IMG/VR virus record: IMGVR_UViG_3300045049_000339
Location: 43,717 to 107,716 of that record
Strand: one strand, 5' to 3'
Length of the DNA stretch: 64,000 nt
Origin: a virus
Shown: piece after piece, positions 52,809-62,521 of the stretch
How the letters are laid out: each line of letters opens with the position of its first letter
Position numbering within the stretch: the first letter of the stretch is position 1
Position numbers and translations under genes: made by a program
Notes under the pieces: generated by a model
What the model was told of the DNA's origin: nothing
Seen by the model: only the letters and a program-made list of their open reading frames with translations
Databases searched by the model: none

Positions 52809-54395
52809 CTACTCGTCAAAAGTAACGGGATGGCGGCAGAACGGGCAGTTCGATCTCGGATTGCCGTCCGGGGTTGCTGACATGAAACCGCCGCCGCATT
52901 TCTTGCACTGCATCGTTCCGTACGCGTCGTGCCACGTGCCGCTCGCGGCGTAGAGCGCCATGATGACCGCGTCGGCACGGTCCGTGGAACGCCCGATCCT
53001 TTTCCGGATGTCATCCTTGGACTCGATCTTCAGCTTGCCACCACTGAGGAGTTCAGCGGCGCGCGGGGTGGTCAGATCCGCCAGCAACTGGTCGTCCGGG
53101 GGCAGGGCGATCGTCGACCCGGCCGAAGGGTCCAGCAGCTCCCGGACCCGGTACCAGCTCTCCGCGCGTAGATTGGTGAACCCCATCTCGCCGGTCTTGT
53201 CCCGCTTGCGAGAGGTGTTCGCGGCATTGAACGCCTGCGCCTTGAAGCCCATCTCCCGGAGACGGTCCAGCACGCCCGCGCCGATGCCGATGACGTCCAC
53301 GACCGCCGTACGGTCCGGCTCCGATTCGAGGATTCCGGCGACACGGCCGGTCGTGGCCATCGTGTCGGCAATCGCGAACGTCCGGATCTCTTTGACCACG
53401 TCGCCGTCGCGAATGGCCAGCGCCGTCTTGTCCGTCCCCGAACGGGCGACGTCCACGCCGACCGTCTTGGGGCCAGGCTGCTCGGGCTCACCCGCCTCAT
53501 GCCAGGCGTGCCAGCGCTCCACGGCCGCCTCCACCCAGGAGAGCGGCACGACCGAGTCCTCCTCGCCCGCGTAGAACTCACCGAGCACACGGTTCTGGTA
53601 GAGGGCACTCTGCTCGCCCCACTGCACCCGGCGCTGCTCCGCCCATTCCGGGGAGATACGCCCGGCGGAAATAGCGTCGTCGAGGGTGACATGTTTGACA
53701 GCCCAGTCGTCCAGTCCAGGCTTTCGAGACTGAATGTCGTAAAAGCGTCCCTGCGGAGGACCGGGCGTCGACATGGCGACCGCATAACAGTTACCGGTGC
53801 CGGAGAAAGCACCCTCGCACGCGTCGAACGTCGAGGCGTCGATGGCCTTGGACTCGTCGTAGATGAACAGCAGCTCGTCCGCGTGGGCACCCTCGATCAG
53901 CGCCGGATTACTGGCAGCCGCCGCGAAGGCATTGCCGTGATTGAGGCGAAGGGCGAGATTGAGCATCTCCGCGTTCTGGAACGGCTCGTCGCGGATGTTC
54001 TCCCACTTGAGCCGGTTCGCCCATTTCTTGATCTCCGGCCACAGATAGTTGATGAGCTGCCGCCACGCACCCGCCGTCGTCACACACTTCCAGTCCACCC
54101 CGGCAGCGTCACGGGTGATGGCGAACCACAGGACCGTGATAGCCGCTGTCGTGGACTTGCCAAGTCCGTGGGGCCCGCGCGCACAGACCCGCTTGTGCTC
54201 TACCAGCAGCCGGAGAATGTCCTCCTGGTAATGGGTGAGACCACCCTCTTTGCCCCAGTCGATGCATTCGCGCGCGAACCCCACCGGATCGTCGAAATAC
54301 TTCTCGACACCCTGGTTGAGAGCCGCCGCGCGCTGCTGGAGGGTTTTGAGGTACTGAAGCCGCTCCAGCTTCAGCTCTTCGAGGGTGTCAGCCAC
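52809..54395 (-). CDS. terL: Terminase large subunit
   Basis: RGPHGLGKS Walker A, IYDES Walker B, MSTP, RVLGEF, GVDVAR.G.D, SKDDIRKRIGRSTDRADA. Confidence 0.95.
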   Translation of the reverse strand: MADTLEELKLERLQYLKTLQQRAAALNQGVEKYFDDPVGFARECIDWGKEGGLTHYQEDILRLLVEHKRVCARGPHGLGKSTTAAITVLWFAITRDAAGVDWKCVTTAGAWRQLINYLWPEIKKWANRLKWENIRDEPFQNAEMLNLALRLNHGNAFAAAASNPALIEGAHADELLFIYDESKAIDASTFDACEGAFSGTGNCYAVAMSTPGPPQGRFYDIQSRKPGLDDWAVKHVTLDDAISAGRISPEWAEQRRVQWGEQSALYQNRVLGEFYAGEEDSVVPLSWVEAAVERWHAWHEAGEPEQPGPKTVGVDVARSGTDKTALAIRDGDVVKEIRTFAIADTMATTGRVAGILESEPDRTAVVDVIGIGAGVLDRLREMGFKAQAFNAANTSRKRDKTGEMGFTNLRAESWYRVRELLDPSAGSTIALPPDDQLLADLTTPRAAELLSGGKLKIESKDDIRKRIGRSTDRADAVIMALYAASGTWHDAYGTMQCKKCGGGFMSATPDGNPRSNCPFCRHPVTFDE

Positions 54396-54419
54396 GGACG
54401 CTCCCCTCGTCTTCGTCGA

Positions 54420-54995
54420 CTACTCGGCTTTCTTACCGGGCGGTAGGGCTGGCGCCGAAGGAGACATGGGCGAGGGGAGCTCGGCCTGGAGGAGCTGCTG
54501 TTCGAGCTTTGAAATCTCCTGCTCGATCCGGTCGATGGAGATGACCTCAAGCTTCGCGGGCGCGTACAGGCCCAGCATCTTCGCGCGCTTGTCCTTGATC
54601 TTGTCGATCCGGTCGATCGTTTCGAGGACGAACCGGTTGTCAGGGAGCGGGTTGCCGTTCTCATCACGGACGACACGCCCCTGGGAGACCACGACGTGCT
54701 CTTCGTCGAGGATGCGCCACAGCCGGTATTCGAGCTGGTCGAGGGACTCCAGCTCGATGATCTTCATCTCGTCGACCGTGAACCGGTACATCGAGGAGAG
54801 GTGGGCGCGGATCGCGGTGAAGACACGGTTCGTGTCGGGAGTGCCGTCGTCGGTGTACCAGCCGAACTTCTCGGCGATGTCCTCTGCTGGCCAGCCGACC
54901 GCCTTCAGGCGGGCGGCTTCGGCACGCACGCCTGCGCCTTTGAGGATTTTGCGAGGGTCCTGCGGCGAGAGGAGAGAGTCGTCGTCGAAACGCAT
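54420..54995 (-). CDS. terS: Terminase small subunit
   Basis: Directly upstream of terL; HTH (GWPAEDIAEKFGW), LESLDQL, RAKMLGLYAPAK. Confidence 0.8.
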   Translation of the reverse strand: MRFDDDSLLSPQDPRKILKGAGVRAEAARLKAVGWPAEDIAEKFGWYTDDGTPDTNRVFTAIRAHLSSMYRFTVDEMKIIELESLDQLEYRLWRILDEEHVVVSQGRVVRDENGNPLPDNRFVLETIDRIDKIKDKRAKMLGLYAPAKLEVISIDRIEQEISKLEQQLLQAELPSPMSPSAPALPPGKKAE

Positions 54996-55182
54996 TCGAT
55001 CTCCCTTCGGATACAGCTATCCCGTCCGATCAATTAGAACGGCGAAAGTTGCAGGTGTCAAGGGTATGGATGTGCGAAGATTCAAACGGCTTTTGGGGGA
55101 GGCGAAAATTCAAAACACAATTTTTGACCTGCCGAGGCGCGTCGATGGGCCTCATATAGTTGCTGGCTGCAACTGTTCACCT

Positions 55183-55212
55183 GCCTAACGGTTGACCTGT
55201 CAACCGTTAGGC
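55183..55212. repeat. 14-bp perfect inverted repeat with 2-nt spacer
   Basis: GCCTAACGGTTGAC-CT-GTCAACCGTTAGGC. Confidence 0.85.
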
Positions 55213-55263
55213 TGTCTAACTGTCACTCCTCTCCGTGGCACGAGTGGCACGTGCCCATGATCG

Positions 55264-55908
55264 TTAGCGGTTGGCCGGGCGGGGGGCGGCCGTCACGGTG
55301 TGGGCGGCCGTGTGGTGAGGGGCGGCCGTGTGGGTGGTGGTGACACTGGCCGGTGTGGCAGGCAGCATGCCCGTAGCCTCACCCACCATGCCCAACACAC
55401 CCAGGAACACGAACGCACCCAGCACCATGGCCAGGGCTACGCACAGGTAGTGTCCGGCGGGGCGCTGTGTGATGGTGGCCATACGCACCGGGCGCTGTGT
55501 GGTGGGGCGCTGGGGGCGTGCCATGCGGGCACGGTGCACGGTGGGGGTGCCGTAGGCCGGGCCGATGGTGGCCGGGCGCATGTGCCACGGGTTGGCCGGG
55601 GTGGCCTGGGGGGCGTTCGTGGGGGCGGAAAATGTGGGGGCGAAAAAAACGGGGGTAGGGGCGGGGGTACGGGGGGTGCTCTGGGGGGCGAACCCCCGGG
55701 GGGTCCACTGCATACCGGTCATGGCCCGCTCGTGCGCTGCAATGGCCCGGCGCAGATCCGAGGGCGTCCGCATGGTGCGCTTGGGTGCGCGGGCGGGGCG
55801 GGGGGTGCGGGCGCCGTTGGGGCGGGGGGTGGAGGTGATGCGGGCGCCGACGGAGAACGGGCCGACGTGGGTACCGACGTAGGGGGTGAACCGGAGCGCC
55901 ATGATCAT
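55264..55908 (-). CDS. Pro/Arg-rich membrane protein
   Basis: GAGG RBS; single TM segment VALAMVLGAFVFLGVLGMV. Confidence 0.6.
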   Translation of the reverse strand: MIMALRFTPYVGTHVGPFSVGARITSTPRPNGARTPRPARAPKRTMRTPSDLRRAIAAHERAMTGMQWTPRGFAPQSTPRTPAPTPVFFAPTFSAPTNAPQATPANPWHMRPATIGPAYGTPTVHRARMARPQRPTTQRPVRMATITQRPAGHYLCVALAMVLGAFVFLGVLGMVGEATGMLPATPASVTTTHTAAPHHTAAHTVTAAPRPANR

Positions 55909-56025
55909 TTCCTCTCGTTGATTTCCTGTTGTGATGTCAGTATGCCCTAGGGCGGGGGGAGTTCAAACCAGGTAAGGGGAAGTTCTTACCTTTGGCCGGA
56001 CGCCCCCCGCCCACCGGGCGCTCCG

Positions 56026-57405
56026 TCAGAGCAGGACGCCCGGCGCCACCAGAGCGTCACCCGACTTGATCCACTCCCAACGCTTGCCACTCGCCGGACG
56101 CACCCCGTTGGACTTGGCCCAGAACTCCACGGACCGCCGGGCGTGCGGCCCGTTCACCACCCGCACCGTAAGGCCCAGAGAGGCCACGGACGCCACCAGG
56201 AACCGGCCCTCACGCTCCACGCTCACGACCGGCGGAAGCTCTGCCGTGACGCCGCCCAAACCGGGGATGGTCACGCGGCCGTCCGCGCGCCGGTTCTGGG
56301 GCGCGATCATGTGAGCGTCGTACGCGGCCGTCTGAGCGGCCGTCAGGATCACCGGGGCGTCCGGTGCCAGCAGCGGCGCGGCGGCCTCCACACCGCCGTT
56401 CTGCACCGCCTCCACGTACGCGGAGAACATGGCCTCTTCGTCCGGCACGCGGGCATCCAACTCCGCGCGCACGGACTCCAGTTCGCGGCACTCCGCACAC
56501 GTGGCGTCCGTCGGGTCGACGCTCACGCGGAGAATGCCGCACGGCGCCTTGACGGCGTATCCGCACTCCGTGACGGCCGACCAGGTGAAACCGATCACGT
56601 GGGTAGCGGCGGCGCGCTGCGCCCGGCGGGTGATCGAATCGGCGCCGCCCTGTTCGTCCGTGATCATGTCATAGGTGGAATCGAGGACGGCGAACCAGCG
56701 CGCGGAGAGGGGGCGGAACGTCTCCTCTCGGGCCGTGTCGTTGGCGTTGATCACGGCGGAGGAGTAGGCGGCCGGATCGACATCCTGACGCATGGTCAGC
56801 TTGCCCGTGTCCCCCGTGACGAAGTAACGGTCCGTGTGCGCCATGCTGGCCGCACAGGCACGGAGCGACGCCGTCAGCATCTCATCCAGGCGCCCCCGGT
56901 TCGTCTCCAGAACGGCCCTCTCGGCGTCCGTCAGAGCGAGCATGTTGTAAGGCGCGTCGGCCGTCTCCTCCGCCGTCTCCTCCGGCGCGGCCGTAGCGGC
57001 AAGCGTGTGCACGTCCGGGCCACCCGCGTCCGGGGTGAAAACGATCACGTCCGCGTCCGGGCCCTCATAGGTGCCGACCACAACGCCCGTACCGCGCGGA
57101 GTGGTGACACGGGTACCGGCAGCGTGCATGACGTCGTCCTGCGTCTCCGCTGCGCGGGTGGCGTATTCCAGACGTGCGCGATCCTCTGCGCGCTTAACGG
57201 CCGCACGGTCGCACGGGGTGCAGACGCGGGCGTCGGCCGGAACGTCGCCGTTCGCCACGTAGCGGAACGTGGAGGAGAAACGGCCGCACAGCGTCTCGTC
57301 GTTGCGGGCGGACAGGTGGACGGTCTTAGACTTGCCGAACGCCGCATAGGAGAACGGGCCGTAGGGGTTCTCCGTAGTTCCGGCCGTCAAGATGATCTCC
57401 GACAT
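56026..57405 (-). CDS. Hypothetical multi-domain protein with zinc-binding motifs
   Basis: ATG at 57405 within repeated leader; VH...TLCG...CTPC; PCG...ATCAEC. Confidence 0.7.
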   Translation of the reverse strand: MSEIILTAGTTENPYGPFSYAAFGKSKTVHLSARNDETLCGRFSSTFRYVANGDVPADARVCTPCDRAAVKRAEDRARLEYATRAAETQDDVMHAAGTRVTTPRGTGVVVGTYEGPDADVIVFTPDAGGPDVHTLAATAAPEETAEETADAPYNMLALTDAERAVLETNRGRLDEMLTASLRACAASMAHTDRYFVTGDTGKLTMRQDVDPAAYSSAVINANDTAREETFRPLSARWFAVLDSTYDMITDEQGGADSITRRAQRAAATHVIGFTWSAVTECGYAVKAPCGILRVSVDPTDATCAECRELESVRAELDARVPDEEAMFSAYVEAVQNGGVEAAAPLLAPDAPVILTAAQTAAYDAHMIAPQNRRADGRVTIPGLGGVTAELPPVVSVEREGRFLVASVASLGLTVRVVNGPHARRSVEFWAKSNGVRPASGKRWEWIKSGDALVAPGVLL

Positions 57406-57426
57406 GATCCCTGCTTTCCTCGTTCC
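57403..57426 (-). promoter_or_regulatory. 24-bp start-associated leader repeat, copy 1
   Basis: Identical to 58235-58258 (GGAACGAGGAAAGCAGGGATCATG on the minus strand). Confidence 0.85.
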
Positions 57427-57649
57427 TGAACTTACACACGGATAGTACCACGGCCGGGGGGTGGCCAAACGCACCACCCCCCGCGAGTTTCTGACTAGCT
57501 GTCGGTCCGGCGCCAGACTCGGCACGCCCGACAGAACCAGCCCCACACATCACACGCGGGCGTACACGTGTGCTTACCGCGCTTTTGGCCATGGGGCGGA
57601 CGGGTCGCCGTGCGGTACCCGTCCGCGCTCCCACACCCCGCACAGCGGC

Positions 57650-58237
57650 TCATGCGGGCCACTCGTCGCGCTGGGTGGCGCCCAGGGCCGTCGGACGGTC
57701 GGCCGACGGGTCAAGCGGGGTGAACTCGACACCCGCCAACCAACCGGCCGCCTTGACCCACTCCGCCCCGTTCACCCATGCGGCCGTTGCGTAGGCCCAA
57801 GCGAACCCGTAACCGGTCATGGCGTCGTAATGCTGCGGGCCACGGGTGACGGTCCAGCGCCCCCAACCGTCACGCGGCAACGTGGGGGTGTGCTCGGCCG
57901 TCTCGACCGGGGCGGCCGTCTCCTGCTCCATCTCGGCGACCATGGCAAGCGCTTCGGCGTGGTCAGCCTCACGCTGCTCTGCCTGCCACGTAGTCACGAC
58001 GCGCCGGATTGCTTCCCAGTGCGTCTCGCCGTCCCGAACCGTGTCCGTGATCAGCGTGGAACACCCGATGTGCACCCAGAGTTCCCCCGTCGCGACCATG
58101 TGGGACGCGGAGATGTGGTGCATGTAGCCGTCCGCCTTCGGCACCCACCACTCACCGCGCTTAGTGGTCGGGTCGGTCGGCGTGAGCTGAACCGGACGGG
58201 TGACATCGGCCCCGGGGGTGTTGGTGTGCATCTTCAT
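57650..58237 (-). CDS. Hypothetical protein
   Basis: ATG at 58237 within the repeated leader. Confidence 0.65.
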   Translation of the reverse strand: MKMHTNTPGADVTRPVQLTPTDPTTKRGEWWVPKADGYMHHISASHMVATGELWVHIGCSTLITDTVRDGETHWEAIRRVVTTWQAEQREADHAEALAMVAEMEQETAAPVETAEHTPTLPRDGWGRWTVTRGPQHYDAMTGYGFAWAYATAAWVNGAEWVKAAGWLAGVEFTPLDPSADRPTALGATQRDEWPA

Positions 58238-58258
58238 GATCCCTGCTTTCCTCGTTCC
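58235..58258 (-). promoter_or_regulatory. 24-bp start-associated leader repeat, copy 2
   Basis: Identical to 57403-57426. Confidence 0.85.
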
Positions 58259-58386
58259 GAACCAACGGCAGGAACCTACCACAGTGTTTGAGAGTTCAAA
58301 CGCCAAATCTCTAAAACTAACCACCGTTAGTTTTTGAGCCTCGCGCGATCTTCGGAGACTGTTCGCAGACAGACGAACACTCCCAA

Positions 58387-58443
58387 GTGACGGACGGCCG
58401 CGCCAACGTGACGGATGATCACGCGGACGTGACGGATGATCAC
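58387..58443. repeat. Iteron-like GTGACGGA x3 at 21-bp period
   Basis: Copies start at 58387, 58408 and 58429. Confidence 0.75.
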
Positions 58444-58638
58444 ACGACCCTACCGGCCGGTAAGGAAGGAAGTTGATCAGTAACGGACCTTAACCAGAAT
58501 CGTCACTCTCTGCGCATGTTACTTCACAGTATGTGGTGATCTTGAATAAAGGGCCCTCTGACGGCCGTTCACAACCCCCCAGGCCCAGCCACCCCAGGAC
58601 AACTCTGTTCGGCCCGTACAGACGATTTTCACTCTCCG

Positions 58639-58677
58639 TAGGGTCTAGACCTCTCCACCTCACAGGTCTAAACCACT
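58639..58677. promoter_or_regulatory. Two DasR/GntR-type operator-like palindromes
   Basis: TAGGGTCTAGACCTCT and ACAGGTCTAAACCACT versus dre consensus A(G/C)TGGTCTAGACCA(G/C)T. Confidence 0.6.
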
Positions 58678-58893
58678 TGAAACAGCAGGTCAGCGCCCCA
58701 AGGTTTCTGACGCCTCATCAGCACATCACGCACCGTCACATCATCACATGCGCACGCACGTAGGGGATTCCGTTATCAATCCGTTACCCGTGTCAGACTT
58801 GACGCGCACCCCCCGCCTTTAGGAGTCTGATCACGCACCAACCGCCGGACCAACGGCCCGGCGGATCAAGGAACCAGGAAAGAGGACTAGACC

Positions 58894-59262
58894 ATGGCAG
58901 AGCGCTACACCCGTAAGGACGTCGAAGAGGTATTCGCCACGTTCGTTGACGTGGCCACCCGTGCCGGTTTCGACACGGAGGGGTGGCACGTCGTGATCGG
59001 TTCCAAGATCAACGGCAACTCCTTCCGGCACTACACGCACAAGTGGCGGGGGGTCATAGGCACGGGTTCCTGTGACACGGAGTTCCGCTCGTTCCTGGGA
59101 TGGACGTGCCGAGAGGCGTATGACGTCCTGTCCACCCGCATCGACACGTTGCGCGCCACACTGGACATGCAGCGGGAGCAACCCACCTACAGCCTCGCCG
59201 ACGTGTGCAACGGCACCGGTTGGGCGGACGGGGTCAAGTTCCGCACGGTCGGGGGCGAGTGA
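58894..59262 (+). CDS. Hypothetical protein
   Basis: AGAGGACTAGACCATG leader; 122 aa. Confidence 0.7.
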   Translation: MAERYTRKDVEEVFATFVDVATRAGFDTEGWHVVIGSKINGNSFRHYTHKWRGVIGTGSCDTEFRSFLGWTCREAYDVLSTRIDTLRATLDMQREQPTYSLADVCNGTGWADGVKFRTVGGE

Positions 59263-59516
59263 TGGCGCGCACCACTCAGAACCTGGGCAAGGAGCACTAC
59301 GCGGCCGTTGCTGCCGCTCTCCAGGCCGAACTGGACCACGCGGAGCGCGTCTACCGGGACCACGACGGGGAGGCGTACCGGGCGCACCGCTACGCCGTCC
59401 AGTGCATGGCGCAGCGTCTCGCCGACATCTACACGGCCGCGTCGTCTCCGTCGCGTCTCCCGTTTGATCGGGCGCGGTTCATGGCCGCATGTGGCCTGCC
59501 GTTCGGCGGTGCGTGA
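59262..59516 (+). CDS. Hypothetical protein
   Basis: TGATG coupling; KEHYAAVAAAL...FDRARFMAACGL. Confidence 0.7.
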   Translation: MARTTQNLGKEHYAAVAAALQAELDHAERVYRDHDGEAYRAHRYAVQCMAQRLADIYTAASSPSRLPFDRARFMAACGLPFGGA

Positions 59517-59692
59517 TGCCCGAGACGGAACACTGTCGCCACTGTGTCGAGTGGTGCCACACGGACCACACGATTCCGGCCGAACAGTGCGGGATCTGTT
59601 GGGCGTGCTGCCCGCACTGCGCCCATGGGTGCGACGCGGACCACTCGTCTCCCGATGACTACTGCGGCCACTGTGATGACGGTTGCTGCTGA
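59516..59692 (+). CDS. 58-aa metallothionein-like Cys/His-rich protein
   Basis: TGATG coupling; 13 Cys and 8 His. Confidence 0.6.
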   Translation: MPETEHCRHCVEWCHTDHTIPAEQCGICWACCPHCAHGCDADHSSPDDYCGHCDDGCC

Positions 59693-59782
59693 CCAGTAGT
59701 CAGCTTCCGGCCCGGAGTGTGACCGGGCCGGTTGCTGATCACTTGTCAGGTGATCTTTCGCCACTCATGAGAGGACTAGACC

Positions 59783-60172
59783 ATGTCCGACCGTAACGGT
59801 TGGCTCATTTGGGTGTGCGTGTGCTGCACGCACTCCCACGCCAACGGGGAGTGCTGCCCGGACGACACGCACGGGGGTGACTCCGTGGCGCCGTGGTCGG
59901 CCGTCGACTTCACCACCCACGACGTGACCATGGGTATCGGCGCGGAGGACCACGATTCGGACTGCATCGTGTACGTCCTGCACGACCTCTCCGAGCGCTT
60001 CCCGGACATGGAGTGGCCGAATGTCCCGGGGGATTACGAGTGCGAGTGCTCCCGGAACACATTCAGCCGCTCCCAGTGCGACGGGTGCGGATCGTGGCTG
60101 CACGGGGAGCGGGAGGGATTCTACCTCTGGGAGCGCGAGACGGCCGACACGACCACAAAGACGGAGAGCTGA
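59783..60172 (+). CDS. Acidic Cys-rich hypothetical protein
   Basis: Same 16-bp leader as 58894; CVCC...FSRSQCDGCGSWLHGER. Confidence 0.7.
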   Translation: MSDRNGWLIWVCVCCTHSHANGECCPDDTHGGDSVAPWSAVDFTTHDVTMGIGAEDHDSDCIVYVLHDLSERFPDMEWPNVPGDYECECSRNTFSRSQCDGCGSWLHGEREGFYLWERETADTTTKTES

Positions 60173-60174
60173 CC

Positions 60175-60375
60175 ATGCCCAAGATCATCGCGGCCACACT
60201 CGCCGCACTCATCCTGTCCGCCGGTACCGCCGTCGGTATGCACGCGTACGACGTGCGCGACGCGGACCACAGTGCGGTTACGAATTACAACGATGGTTTC
60301 ATTACGGGTGCGTGCGCCGCGTCCCCGACCGTCGCACAGGCCACGTACGGATTTACCTGCGACGAGTGGAACTGA
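60175..60375 (+). CDS. Small secreted/membrane protein
   Basis: MPKIIAATLAALILSAGTAVG signal-like N-terminus; GGAG RBS. Confidence 0.6.
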   Translation: MPKIIAATLAALILSAGTAVGMHAYDVRDADHSAVTNYNDGFITGACAASPTVAQATYGFTCDEWN

Positions 60376-60387
60376 GAGGAACACAGT

Positions 60388-61056
60388 ATGCGTACCAACG
60401 ATCTTGACGCCCGCATGGAAATGGATCACGTCGTGTTGATCAGCCCCGGCGGACACATCTCCGACGGTCCGGCCGACGTGTACGCCCCGGAACTGTTCAG
60501 CAGCGACGCGGACGACGATGAGTACCGCTCACAGGCCGAAGCTGCGGGGTGGACGCTCGAAAGCGGCTGGACAGGTCAGCACGGGTACTCCGGCGTGATC
60601 ATGCACGCGTCTGAGTTCATCGGCGGCCGTCTCGCGGAACACGTGCTCTGCACCCCGGGGCTGTGGGTGGTGACGGCGGCCACGTGCGACCCAGAGTGCG
60701 AGTGCGACGGGACCGACGAGTGTCCGGAGCACGAGGACGACGCGGAAGCGCACCACGACGCAGAGGACCACGAAGCAGAGGAGACGGAAGACGCGGGCTG
60801 GGTGCTCGCCTACCGGACGCACGTGCTCCCGTCGGGCGTCCGGGACTGCCCGTGCTGCTCAGACACGCACACGGCCTCCCAGTGGCTCTGTGAGCCGTGC
60901 CAGGGTGCGGGGTGCACCCAGACACACGACGCGTCCGGAGACGTCGGCTACTGGGAGTGTGAGCGCCCCAACGCGAACGACTACGACCCGTACGCCAACG
61001 GGTGTCAGCTCTGCCGACGGGTCGGCCACGATCCGGCGGAACCCTGCCTTCCCTGA
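60388..61056 (+). CDS. Acidic Cys-rich hypothetical protein
   Basis: GAGGA RBS; GWTGQHGYSGVIMHASEFIGG; several CxxC. Confidence 0.7.
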   Translation: MRTNDLDARMEMDHVVLISPGGHISDGPADVYAPELFSSDADDDEYRSQAEAAGWTLESGWTGQHGYSGVIMHASEFIGGRLAEHVLCTPGLWVVTAATCDPECECDGTDECPEHEDDAEAHHDAEDHEAEETEDAGWVLAYRTHVLPSGVRDCPCCSDTHTASQWLCEPCQGAGCTQTHDASGDVGYWECERPNANDYDPYANGCQLCRRVGHDPAEPCLP

Positions 61057-61137
61057 CGAATCGTCAGAGTCATGCACGCCCGTCGGGGGCGGACGTGCGT
61101 GGCTCTGTCCATTCGCCTACTAACTAAGGAATAGGAA

Positions 61138-62508
61138 ATGGATGCCGAAGAGATCAACCAGGGCGCTCACGTTCTGGACATGACGGAACGATGGATGTCT
61201 AAGTTTGTGCACTTCCCGTCCGCCACTCAGAGCACCATTGCGACCCTTTGGATTGCGGGCGTGCACATGACCGGCGCCGCAACTCCGGATTCGCCCCCGC
61301 AATTGGTGCACCGGGCGTACGCGCGTCTCGGGTTCGTCTCCGACGAACCGGGTAGCGGAAAGACAACCGCCATGGAAAGGGCACTCGCCCTGTGCCCCCG
61401 TGGCGAGTTGATCATTCAGCCGTCGCTGGCCGGAATCATGGACGCTATCGAGGAAAGGCAGACGGTTGGCCTTGACGAAGCAGACAAGTATTTCGGGAAA
61501 AAGGGCGGCGCACAGCCCCAAGTGATCGGGTTTATCAATGCCGGTTACCGTCAGGGGGGCGGTACCGTCCGATTCAAGGGGCGGAAAGTCGACTCATTCG
61601 CCCCCATGCTTTACTCTGGCCTTTTGGAGGCTCTGGGGGTGAATCCGGCACTGTACCCGTTGCGCACTCGTTCTATGCTCCTGGAAATGCATCCGGCGCC
61701 CTACGGCGTCGACGTCACGGAGTATGACGACGAACGCCACGACTACCCCCAGGATGAATTGCGGGACGCTCTCGCGTCCTGGGGCAAGCTGGTGGCGCCG
61801 CGTGTGCCACGGGTGCCCGTGCCGGACGTGGAGGGGGTGCGGAACCGGCGCGCGCAACTGTGGCGCCCCCTGTTCCGCGTCGCCATTCTGGCCGGGGGTG
61901 ACTGGCCGGAAAAGGCATTCGCCGCGTGCCGTGATCTGGAATCCGGCATTTCCGCACAGGCGCCCGCCCTCACGCCGTCTCAGAGGATCATGGCGGATAT
62001 CCGCAACGTGGCGGGGGGCGTGCGTATCTCCACCACGGAACTAATTCGCCGTCTCCACGCAATCGAGGGGGCGCCGTATCGGTACGTGTTCCCGGACCCT
62101 ACGGGTACGGGTGAAGCGCGGGAGTTGGCGGAAATGCTCGCCCCTCACGGATTGGCGCCGGATGTCTTCCGGTTCGTCATTCCGGAGTTGGGCACCATGC
62201 AAAAGCGCGGCTATGACCTGTCGCTGCATTCCGGCTGCACCATCTGTCCGCCGGAGATGCAGGAAAGCCGTTCGCAGACGGACGGAAACGCTCTGTGGAC
62301 GGATGACATCTATGACGTGACGGACGACGCGGACGACGTGACGGACGTGTGGGACGTCGTGACGGACGCGGTTGGCCGTGTGGTGAACCTGCGACCGGTT
62401 GACCCCCACGTGATCGTTCCTCCGGCGCCGGTCGCTCCGGCCGTCCGGCACCCCCAAGGTGCAGCCGTTCCACTGTTCTCTGACGGACAGTCAGACATGT
62501 TGTTCTGA
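61138..62508 (+). CDS. DUF3631-like P-loop ATPase (plasmid/AICE replication-protein-like)
   Basis: LWIAGVH, EPGSGKTT, LDEAD, INAGY, LRTRS, RRAQLWRPL, AGGDWPE, ISTTELI. Confidence 0.75.
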   Translation: MDAEEINQGAHVLDMTERWMSKFVHFPSATQSTIATLWIAGVHMTGAATPDSPPQLVHRAYARLGFVSDEPGSGKTTAMERALALCPRGELIIQPSLAGIMDAIEERQTVGLDEADKYFGKKGGAQPQVIGFINAGYRQGGGTVRFKGRKVDSFAPMLYSGLLEALGVNPALYPLRTRSMLLEMHPAPYGVDVTEYDDERHDYPQDELRDALASWGKLVAPRVPRVPVPDVEGVRNRRAQLWRPLFRVAILAGGDWPEKAFAACRDLESGISAQAPALTPSQRIMADIRNVAGGVRISTTELIRRLHAIEGAPYRYVFPDPTGTGEARELAEMLAPHGLAPDVFRFVIPELGTMQKRGYDLSLHSGCTICPPEMQESRSQTDGNALWTDDIYDVTDDADDVTDVWDVVTDAVGRVVNLRPVDPHVIVPPAPVAPAVRHPQGAAVPLFSDGQSDMLF

Positions 62509-62521
62509 CGGTTCGTCACCA

